Part shown: piece after piece, positions 8,011-14,776 of the stretch
Position numbering within the stretch: position 1 is the stretch's first letter
How the letters are laid out: each line of letters begins with the position of its first letter
Assembly: GCA_041497675.1 (NCBI GenBank)
Contig: JBGQGY010000096.1
Location: 1 to 14,776, forward strand
DNA from: a bacterium
GTDB lineage: Bacteria; Sysuimicrobiota; Sysuimicrobiia; Sysuimicrobiales; Humicultoraceae
Direction: 5' to 3'
DNA: 14,776 nucleotides
Notes under the pieces: generated by a model
Database searches by the model: none
The model's input: only the letters and a program-made list of their open reading frames with translations
What the model was told of the DNA's origin: nothing
Translations under genes and position numbers: made by a program

Positions 8011-8757
8011 CTAGTTCATGACCATACCGCCGTCCACGTTCAATACCTGTCCTGTAATGTACGATGCTTCGTCAGAGGCCAAAAACACCACCGCCGCTGC
8101 GATGTCGTCGGGAGTCCCGGGGCGTCCCAGCGGTATCTGCTGAAGGCACCGCGCGCGCACCTCTTCTGACAGACCCTCCGTCATCCCTGCATCGATGAAT
8201 CCGGGCACGATGGCGTTGACGGTAATGCCGCGGGACGCGACCTCGCGGGCGACCGCCCGGGTCAATCCGATGACGCCCGCCTTGGCCGTCACGTAGTTCG
8301 CCTGCCCGACGTTGCCCGCCTGCCCGGCCGTCGAGGTCAGGTTGATGATCCTGCCGCGCCGACGCCGCACGAATTCGCGCAACGCGGCACGGATGCAATA
8401 AAACGTGCCGTTGAGATTGGTGGCCACGACTGTCTGCCAGTCTTCATCCCTCATGCGAAGCACGAGCCCGTCACGCGCGATAGCGGCATTGTTGACCAGG
8501 ATGTCCAGCCGGCCGAAGACCTGGGTGGCCGCGCCAACCACGGCGGCTGCTTCGTCCGGGTTCGCGATGTCGCCGGCCACGGCGTGCGCCCGTCCTCCGC
8601 CGGCCTCGACCGCGCGCACGATCTCTTGCGCCGCCTCGGCGTTTCGCGCATAGTGCGCGATCACGGCCGCGCCCTCACGGGCGAGCGCCAAGGCGATCTG
8701 CCCTCCGAGGCCTCCCGAGGCGCCCGTAATGATCGCGACCTGATCAGGGAGCCGCAT
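8011..8757 (-). CDS. fabG: 3-oxoacyl-ACP reductase
   Basis: [27 protein letters not shown] (YxxxK), [13 protein letters not shown]; located inside the fab operon. Confidence 0.95.
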   Translation of the reverse strand: MRLPDQVAIITGASGGLGGQIALALAREGAAVIAHYARNAEAAQEIVRAVEAGGGRAHAVAGDIANPDEAAAVVGAATQVFGRLDILVNNAAIARDGLVLRMRDEDWQTVVATNLNGTFYCIRAALREFVRRRRGRIINLTSTAGQAGNVGQANYVTAKAGVIGLTRAVAREVASRGITVNAIVPGFIDAGMTEGLSEEVRARCLQQIPLGRPGTPDDIAAAVVFLASDEASYITGQVLNVDGGMVMN

Positions 8758-8769
8758 CGCCAGGGGGAG

Positions 8770-9732
8770 TCACGCTCGGCTGTTGACCCTGCCGGGGCTG
8801 CGGGCCGCCGCCGCCCGTAGCCCCGGCAGGGCCAACTCCAGCGTGGCCTGATTCTCGATGGAGACGATCGCCGCACCGGGCACCGTCCGTTTGATCAGAC
8901 CGGCCAGGGTGGTTCCCGGCCCCGCCTCCACGAAGATCGAGGCGCCGAGCCGGTGCAGCGTGCGCATAGATTGCTCCCAGCGCACGGGGCTGGCGACCTG
9001 GTCGACCAAGGCAGCGTGGATGGCGTCAGGGTCCTGAACCGGCTCGGCGGTGACGTTCGACACGACCGGAATCGAGGGTGGAACGATCGGCGTCCCGCGG
9101 AGCACCGACGCCAGGGCATCTGCGGCGGGCCGCATCAGCGACGTGTGAAACGGCGCGCTGACCTCAAGGCGGACGGCCCGCTTCGCGCCCGCATCGCGTA
9201 GCCGCCCGCACGCCGCCTCGACCGCGCTCACTTCGCCGGCGATCACGACCTGACCCGGCGCATTGAAGTTCGCGGCTTCGACCAGACCGGGGGTCGTGCG
9301 GCAGATATCAACAACCTTCTCCGCATCCAGCCCGAGCACCGCAGCCATCGCGGTCTCGTGGCGGTCCGCAGCATCCTGCATGAACCGCCCGCGCTGACGC
9401 ACGACACGCACAGCATCGCTCAGTGTCATCGCCGACGCTGCCACCAGCGCGGAGTACTCGCCCAGACTGAGACCGGCCGCGAGATGTGGCCGGACGCCAT
9501 GCTCGGCGAGTACGGCCGTAACCGCCATGCTGCACGTGAGAATCGCCGGCTGGGTGTTCTCCGTCGCACGCAGCCGTTCGTCGGGACCGCGCCGGCACAA
9601 CTCGAGGAGGTCGAGACCGAGCGCTTCGCTCGCTTCGTCGAACACCTGGTGGGCGGACGCGAAATGTTGCGCCAGGTCGACGCCCATCCCGACGTACTGC
9701 GCGCCCTGCCCAGGGAAGACGAACGCAATCAC
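8770..9732 (-). CDS. fabD: Malonyl-CoA:ACP transacylase
   Basis: FVFPGQGAQ, TQPAI, GLSLGEY (catalytic Ser), NFNAPGQVVIAG, VSAPFH, SPVRW. The GTG at 9732 overlaps the fabH stop (GTGA). Confidence 0.96.
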   Translation of the reverse strand: MIAFVFPGQGAQYVGMGVDLAQHFASAHQVFDEASEALGLDLLELCRRGPDERLRATENTQPAILTCSMAVTAVLAEHGVRPHLAAGLSLGEYSALVAASAMTLSDAVRVVRQRGRFMQDAADRHETAMAAVLGLDAEKVVDICRTTPGLVEAANFNAPGQVVIAGEVSAVEAACGRLRDAGAKRAVRLEVSAPFHTSLMRPAADALASVLRGTPIVPPSIPVVSNVTAEPVQDPDAIHAALVDQVASPVRWEQSMRTLHRLGASIFVEAGPGTTLAGLIKRTVPGAAIVSIENQATLELALPGLRAAAARSPGRVNSRA

Positions 9733-10805
9733 CGCGAGATCCCATCGCGAGCGCCGCGAAGCGTCCCGCCCGTCCAACGCATGGTGGCCGCACCCCACGT
9801 CAGACCGCCGCCAAAGGCGACAAAGATGATCAGGTGACCTGCCCGGATGCGGCCCTGCTCCACAGCCTCATACAACGCCACGGGCACCGACGCCGAGGAC
9901 GTGTTCCCGTACCGCTCCACGTTGACGAAGAACTTGCTCATTGGCTGCCCAAGACGCTGCGCGGCCGCCTCGATGATGCGGATGTTGGCTTGGTGCGGGA
10001 CAAAACAGTCCACGTCCTCGACCGCCACACCGGCGGCGGCTGCCACGTGGGCGATCGCCCGAGGGATGGCGCGGACTGCGAACTTGTAGACTTCGCGCCC
10101 ATTCATCTTGATGTAGTGATCGCGCCTGGCGACGGTCTCGGCGCTGGCCGGAAGCCGCGACCCGCCGCCGGGCAGACAGATCAGCGATCCCCTTGAACCG
10201 TCCGAACCCAGGTGGAAAGCCAGAAAGCCCAAGCCCGGGTCGCACGGCCGCAGGACCACCGCCGCAGCCGCATCACCAAACAGCACACACGTATCACGAT
10301 CAGTCCAATCCGTAATGCGAGACAGCGCTTCGGCGCCGACCACCAGCACGGTGTCGGCCGTCCCGGCGGCGATCGCCGCGTGCCCCATGGCGACCGCGTA
10401 CGCCCAGGAACTGCACGCCGCCGAAGCGTCAAACGCGCCGGCGCGGCGTGCCCCCAGCCGGTCCTGCACCAAGCAGGCCGTCGCGGGGAACAACATGTCC
10501 GGGCTCGCCGTGCCGACGATGATCAAGTCGATGTCATCGGCGCTCACCCCGGCGTCGCGCAGCGCCTCCTGCGCCGCTTCCACCGCCAAGTCGGAGGTCG
10601 CGACGCCTTCGGCGGCGACGCGCCGCTCCCTGATCCCCGTGCGCGCCCTGACCCACTCGTCGCTCGTGTCGACCAGTCGCTCGATCTCGGCGTTGGTCAC
10701 GACGCGCGGCGGAATGCTGCGTCCCATCCCCGCGATCGTCGAACCGCGGCGCAGCAGCGTCGTCTCCGTCGGGGCGCGACCTGGCGCCTGCTGAAGGTGC
10801 GACAT
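9729..10805 (-). CDS. fabH: 3-oxoacyl-ACP synthase III
   Basis: DTSDEWVRARTGIRERR, AACSSW (Cys), LFGDAAAA, PHQANIRI (His), YGNTSSAS (Asn), FGGGLTWG. The start is taken as the first ATG after the rpmF stop and is uncertain. Confidence 0.93.
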   Translation of the reverse strand: MSHLQQAPGRAPTETTLLRRGSTIAGMGRSIPPRVVTNAEIERLVDTSDEWVRARTGIRERRVAAEGVATSDLAVEAAQEALRDAGVSADDIDLIIVGTASPDMLFPATACLVQDRLGARRAGAFDASAACSSWAYAVAMGHAAIAAGTADTVLVVGAEALSRITDWTDRDTCVLFGDAAAAVVLRPCDPGLGFLAFHLGSDGSRGSLICLPGGGSRLPASAETVARRDHYIKMNGREVYKFAVRAIPRAIAHVAAAAGVAVEDVDCFVPHQANIRIIEAAAQRLGQPMSKFFVNVERYGNTSSASVPVALYEAVEQGRIRAGHLIIFVAFGGGLTWGAATMRWTGGTLRGARDGISR

Positions 10806-10815
10806 GAGCCGCGGC

Positions 10816-11022
10816 CTACGCGTCCTTCTTCTTCTTCGACTTGGCGGTCTCGACGGCGATGACCTCCCGGCCGGCATAGAAGCCGCACGTTGGGCAGACC
10901 CGATGAGGCACGATGCGGGTCTTGCATTGGGGACACGTCACCAGGGTCACCTGCCTCGACGCTTTGAACCGGGCCCGTCGGGTCGCGGTGCGCGTCCGTG
11001 AATGGCGTCGCTTCTGAGTCAC
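10816..11022 (-). CDS. rpmF: 50S ribosomal protein bL32
   Basis: KRRHSRTRTATRR...CPQC...PHRVCPTCGFYAGREV (zinc-ribbon form). The GTG at 11022 follows AAGGAGG. Confidence 0.95.
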   Translation of the reverse strand: MTQKRRHSRTRTATRRARFKASRQVTLVTCPQCKTRIVPHRVCPTCGFYAGREVIAVETAKSKKKKDA

Positions 11023-11069
11023 GCTTTCGCCTCCTTCTATACTGTTGTCAACACATCTGACACGTGAGT

Positions 11070-11573
11070 CTAGTCCTGCGGTACGTCCCCCGACTTGCGC
11101 AATTTCGTCAGTGGCTCCAACCGCGGGTCTTCGAGCGTTTTCTGGCACACACACGGCCCGTTTCTCAAGTCGGCGCCACAGTGATCGCACAACCCGCGAC
11201 AGGCCTTATCACAGCGCGCGACCATCGGCAATCCCACCACGAGCATCTCGCGTATTAGGGCGCCGGCATCGAGCGTGAGCGTTGAGCCGTCACCCGCGAT
11301 GAAGTCGCCGCCGACCGCCCAGTCGAGTTCTTCCCGAACATCCGCCTGCAAGCGGTGCCTGAAAAGCCGGGCGCATCTGTCGCAGACCAATTCGACATTC
11401 GTGCTCACATGCCCGGTCACGCGAAGTACCGATCCAAGATTTGCGAGCGTGAGCTCGCCGGTCACCGGTTCGTCAAATGAAAGGTCGGGGATCTGGCTCG
11501 CCACGGTCTCGTCGCAGGCGACCAGCAGCGTCGCGCCCCGCTCGGCGCGTAGTCGCCTCAGGTCTACGATCAT
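11070..11573 (-). CDS. yceD: DUF177/YceD family protein
   Basis: CDRC, LPMVARCDKACRGLCDHCG.DL...C.C, DPRLEPL; directly upstream of rpmF; SD AGGAGG. Confidence 0.92.
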   Translation of the reverse strand: MIVDLRRLRAERGATLLVACDETVASQIPDLSFDEPVTGELTLANLGSVLRVTGHVSTNVELVCDRCARLFRHRLQADVREELDWAVGGDFIAGDGSTLTLDAGALIREMLVVGLPMVARCDKACRGLCDHCGADLRNGPCVCQKTLEDPRLEPLTKLRKSGDVPQD

Positions 11574-11602
11574 GACGCTGCCGCCTCCTGTCAGACTGTC
11601 CC

Positions 11603-11632
11603 ATTATAGAAAGCCGGTTTTTCGAGTGTCAA
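11603..11632 (-). promoter_or_regulatory. Consensus sigma70-type promoter for yceD-rpmF-fab-rnc
   Basis: Minus strand TTGACA (11632-11627), 18-nt spacer, TATAAT (11608-11603), in an AT-richer intergenic gap. Confidence 0.85.
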
Positions 11633-11649
11633 TGAACGCCCTGTCCGTA

Positions 11650-12108
11650 TCACTCACTGTGGCCTCGGGTCACGCCCGGTGTCTTCAGCACCTGCTGGCC
11701 GCGGTGGATGGCCGCCAGGACGCGTCCCACTTCGACCTCCAGCCGCTGCAGCACCTGTGCCGCATACTCGTCGGCCCCTCGACGGACGCGATCCGCCTCA
11801 CGCCGCACGTCATCCAGCGGCGACGGCGATCCCTCGCCTGGATGCCGGCCGTCGGTGAGGGAGCGTGCGTGCGACTGCGCGTCGAGGATCAACCGGCGCG
11901 CCTCTTCCCGCGCCCGCGCCAGTGCACTCTCGGCTTCCTGAAGCAGCCACTGCGCGTGGTGCAACTCCTTTGGCAACGCGGTCCGTACCATCTTCAACAG
12001 CCCCAGAACTTCCTGCTCGAGCGCCGCGCGCTGATCGACTGGGAGCCGCTCCGCGTGCCGGCGCAGCACGCGTTCGAGACGATCGAGCACCTCGAGAACG
12101 GATTCCAT
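11650..12108 (-). CDS. Conserved coiled-coil protein, SepIVA/DivIVA-like (often annotated as 'ATPase' or 'ATP synthase subunit-like')
   Basis: Corresponds to the C-terminal part of ORF 11650..12741, from the ATG at 12108: LDRLE...VRTALPKELHHAQWLL...AREEARRLI...RRGADEYAAQVL.RLE. Its position between coaD and DUF177 is typical of this family. Confidence 0.75.
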   Translation of the reverse strand: MESVLEVLDRLERVLRRHAERLPVDQRAALEQEVLGLLKMVRTALPKELHHAQWLLQEAESALARAREEARRLILDAQSHARSLTDGRHPGEGSPSPLDDVRREADRVRRGADEYAAQVLQRLEVEVGRVLAAIHRGQQVLKTPGVTRGHSE

Positions 12109-12110
12109 CC

Positions 12111-12605
12111 CTAGCGCGCGCCCTCGCCGAGCTGCCTGGCCCGCAGATGACGCATGACGGCGGGCGGAACGATGCTCTCCACCGATCCACCCAGACCCGT
12201 GACTTCGCGGATCAGGGATGAGGAGATGAAGGCAAATTCCGGCGCCGCGATGAGCAGGAGGGTATCGAGGTCCGGCGCCAGTTTGCGGTTCATCGCCGAC
12301 TGTTTGAGTTCGAAGTCGAAGTCGCCAACCGCCCGCAGCCCTTTCACCAAACCCATGGCGCCCCGGGACTTCGCAAACTCCACCGTGAGACCAGAGTATG
12401 CCGCCACCTCGACGTTTGGCACGTCCGCGATGACCTCTCGCAGCATGCCCACGCGCTCGGCGGCCGTGAAGATGCCGCTTCCTTTCTCCACGTTCTGCGC
12501 CACCGCGACGATGACCCTGTCGAAGAGCCGCGCCGCGCGGCAGATGACGTCGACATGCCCATTGTGCACAGGGTCGAAACTCCCGGGATACACCGCGATC
12601 CGCAC
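12111..12605 (-). CDS. coaD: Phosphopantetheine adenylyltransferase
   Basis: AVYPGSFDPVHNGH, KGLRAVGDFDFE, FISSSLIRE; GTG start after GGAGGAG. Confidence 0.97.
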   Translation of the reverse strand: MRIAVYPGSFDPVHNGHVDVICRAARLFDRVIVAVAQNVEKGSGIFTAAERVGMLREVIADVPNVEVAAYSGLTVEFAKSRGAMGLVKGLRAVGDFDFELKQSAMNRKLAPDLDTLLLIAAPEFAFISSSLIREVTGLGGSVESIVPPAVMRHLRARQLGEGAR

Positions 12606-12607
12606 GC

Positions 12608-13177
12608 CTACTCCTCCCCTGCATCACGACCCGAGCGCCCCTTGAAAAACCAGAGCACCGTCTCACCGTACCGGGCCTCCCGCGAGAGCGCAAGCCCCTC
12701 GGGAGGCTCGGGACGATCGCGCCAGTGGCCCTCAGCGACAATCACCCCTCCCGGCGCCAGCACCGCGGCGCGGGCGATCGCCGCCAGCGCGCGAACGAGC
12801 CATCCCCGACCGTAGGGCGGGTCGAGCAAGATCAGGTCAAAGCGCTCCCCGGCGCGCGCCAGACGATCGACGGCTGCCGAGGCGTCCTCACACCGCACCA
12901 GCGCCTGTCGCTCCATCACCTGTGACGCGACCCGGGTTCTGAGCGCCGCGGCGTGTCGCGCGTCGCGTTCGACCAGCACGACTCTGGCGGCACCGCGACG
13001 AATCGCCTCCAACCCCAGCGCCCCGGTCCCCGCGAACAGGTCCAGGACTGACGCGCCCTCGATGCTGGTGCCCAAGCTGTTGAACAGCGCGTCGCGGACC
13101 CGCGCGGCCGTCGGGCGAAGATCGTCACGAGCCTTGGCCGGAACCAGCCGTCCTCCACGCCGCCCGCCGGATGGCAT
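12608..13177 (-). CDS. rsmD: 16S rRNA m2G966 methyltransferase
   Basis: LRPTAARVRDALFN, LDLFAGTGALGLEA, LDPPY, RYGET; located between recG and coaD. Confidence 0.93.
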   Translation of the reverse strand: MPSGGRRGGRLVPAKARDDLRPTAARVRDALFNSLGTSIEGASVLDLFAGTGALGLEAIRRGAARVVLVERDARHAAALRTRVASQVMERQALVRCEDASAAVDRLARAGERFDLILLDPPYGRGWLVRALAAIARAAVLAPGGVIVAEGHWRDRPEPPEGLALSREARYGETVLWFFKGRSGRDAGEE

Positions 13178-13180
13178 CGC

Positions 13181-14776
13181 CTAGCCTACCGACGCCAGCC
13201 GTCGGCGCTCTGCCTGCTGCCGCTCGACCGCCGCGGTCAGCAGTAGTAGCTCCGGCCCGTCGAGTCGTGGATTGTCTTGGAGCAATCCCTCCGCCGCCGT
13301 CCGCGCTTCCTCGAGCAACGGCAGATCGGTGGCCAAATCGGCCACCCGCAACCCGGCCAGCCCGTGCTGACGCACTCCGAGGATATCGCCGGGGCCGCGC
13401 AGCGCCAGGTCTTCCTGCGCGATGACGAACCCATCGGTGGTCGACGCTATGGCGTCCACCCGCCGACGCCCTGCCTCGGTCGGGGTGTCGGCCAGCAGGA
13501 TGCAGTGCGATTGCTCGGGGCCGCGCCCCACGCGGCCGCGTAGTTGATGGAGCTGTGCCAGACCGTACCGGTCGGCGTCCTCGATGACCATGATCGAGGC
13601 GTTCGGGACGTCGATACCGACCTCGATCACTGTCGTCGCCACGAGTACGTGCACTCGACCGGTGCGAAACCCCTCCATCCGTTCGGCCTTCTGAGCGGCG
13701 GAGAGCCGGCCGTGGAGGACCTCGACGCGGACGTCGTGGAGCGGCCCCTCACTCAACTCGCGCGCCAGCTCCACCGCGGATCGGGTCTGCAGCGTTTCGG
13801 ATTCCTCGATGAGCGGGCACACGATGTAGGCCTGCCGCCCCTCACGAACTTGCTCGCGCACGTACGCGTACACTTTGGCCCGCGAGGCTGTGGGCCGGAC
13901 GTGGGTCTTGACGGGGTGCCGCCCGGCCGGCATCTCGTCGATCACCGTCACGTCGAGGTCGCCATACACCGTCAGTGTCAGCGTCCGCGGGATTGGCGTC
14001 GCCGTCATGACCAACACGTCCGGCGAGCGTCCCTTGGCGCGGAGGCGCGCCCGCTGCATGACCCCGAAGCGATGCTGCTCGTCGACGACCACGAGCCCGA
14101 GCCGATCGAAGGACACGCGGTCTTCGAGGAGCGCGTGCGTCCCGACGACGACCACCGACCGGCCGGACCGCAGAGCGCGGAGCAGGACGTCGCGCTCAGC
14201 GGCATCGGTGCCTGCGGAGAGGCAATAGACTTCAATGCCGGCCGGACCAAGCATCCGACCCAGCGTCAGAGCATGCTGCTCAGCCAAGATCTCGGTCGGC
14301 GCCATCAGCACGGCCTGATACCCGCCGTCGATGCACGCGACGATCGCCGCAACCGCCACGACGGTCTTCCCCGACCCCACATCGCCCTGGAGCAGCCGGT
14401 TCATCGGCGCCGTCTGGCGCATATCATGCAGGATTCGGTCGACGGCGCGCTGCTGCGCACCGGTGAGGGAGAATGGCAGCGACTTCAGAAACCTGGGCAG
14501 CAGATCGCCCGCCGGACCGTACGCCGCCTCGCGCGGCATGGCCTGCATGTCACGGCGCTGCTGCAGGATGCCGATCTGGAGCACGAGGAGTTCCTCAAAC
14601 GCCAGCCGTCTCCGGGCGCCCTCCTGCTCGGCCTCGTGCTCCGGAAAGTGCGCGGCCCACAGCGCCTCCCGCAACCCGGTCAAACGGTGCTGCCGGCGCA
14701 CGGCGTCCGGCAAGGAATCCGGGATCGAGTCCGCATAGCTCTCGAGCGCCTCGCGCACGATCGTCCGTAGTGTCCG
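13181..14776 (-). CDS. recG: ATP-dependent DNA helicase RecG (5' part outside the window)
   Basis: MNRLLQGDVGSGKT, MAPTEILAEQH, DEQHRFG, MTATPIPRTL, TTVIEVGID, QLHQLRGRVGRG, DLALRGPG; the frame stays open to the right edge. Confidence 0.98.
   Translation of the reverse strand, partial: RTLRTIVREALESYADSIPDSLPDAVRRQHRLTGLREALWAAHFPEHEAEQEGARRRLAFEELLVLQIGILQQRRDMQAMPREAAYGPAGDLLPRFLKSLPFSLTGAQQRAVDRILHDMRQTAPMNRLLQGDVGSGKTVVAVAAIVACIDGGYQAVLMAPTEILAEQHALTLGRMLGPAGIEVYCLSAGTDAAERDVLLRALRSGRSVVVVGTHALLEDRVSFDRLGLVVVDEQHRFGVMQRARLRAKGRSPDVLVMTATPIPRTLTLTVYGDLDVTVIDEMPAGRHPVKTHVRPTASRAKVYAYVREQVREGRQAYIVCPLIEESETLQTRSAVELARELSEGPLHDVRVEVLHGRLSAAQKAERMEGFRTGRVHVLVATTVIEVGIDVPNASIMVIEDADRYGLAQLHQLRGRVGRGPEQSHCILLADTPTEAGRRRVDAIASTTDGFVIAQEDLALRGPGDILGVRQHGLAGLRVADLATDLPLLEEARTAAEGLLQDNPRLDGPELLLLTAAVERQQAERRRLASVG

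Noticed and set aside
9455..9478. FabD motif GLSLG instead of GHSLG
   Set aside because: A known natural variant in many FabD proteins (for example clostridial ones); the catalytic Ser is intact.
6427..10805. Possible type II PKS or aryl-polyene cluster
   Set aside because: There is a single canonical FabF and ACP, no chain-length factor or cyclases, and the context is the housekeeping yceD-rpmF-rnc region.
11056..11595. TCTGACA / TGTCAGA complementary 7-mers flanking yceD
   Set aside because: Only 7 bp and not extendable, so consistent with chance.
12109..12741. Apparent 363-aa ORF overlapping coaD and rsmD (possible fusion or overprinting)
   Set aside because: Only the part from the ATG at 12108 looks like a real protein; the upstream part is an open alternative frame of coaD and rsmD.
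13130..13177. RsmD N-terminus lacks the usual MRII.G start (bL32 also lacks MAVP)
   Set aside because: The frames are intact and all core motifs are present; this is minor terminal divergence, not pseudogenisation.
13544..14770. 408-aa plus-strand ORF
   Set aside because: Antisense shadow of recG with no recognisable family motif.
1..14776. CRISPR arrays, tRNA/rRNA, riboswitches, IS elements or phage genes
   Set aside because: All intergenic gaps are under 100 nt, and no spaced repeats, cloverleaf-like sequences or transposase/integrase motifs were seen.

Overview
High-GC bacterial chromosomal segment in which all 20 credible genes lie on the minus strand; the many plus-strand ORFs are antisense shadows. 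Reading in the direction of transcription (right to left) there are three blocks. (1) recG (5' end outside the window), rsmD, coaD and a coiled-coil SepIVA/DivIVA-like gene. (2) A consensus sigma70-type promoter followed by yceD(DUF177), rpmF, fabH, fabD, fabG, acpP, fabF, rnc and a HIT-family nucleotide hydrolase/phosphorylase; the plsX usually found between rpmF and fabH is absent. (3) A second sigma70-type promoter in a palindrome-rich spacer, followed by a phenylacetyl-CoA 1,2-epoxidase set paaA-paaB-paaC-paaD with no paaE reductase and no other paa genes, then an FAD-dependent oxidoreductase with a hydrophobic N-terminus, a stand-alone RibD-C/DHFR-fold reductase and an MFS transporter that runs off the left edge. 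No RNA genes, mobile elements or CRISPR arrays were seen. The most notable points are a PaaC that keeps all six di-iron ligands in register with PaaA, the reductase-less paa module with unexplained redox and transport partners next to a fatty-acid operon with an atypical FabH active-site loop, and the missing plsX. All assignments come from recognising motifs by eye; no database searches were run.
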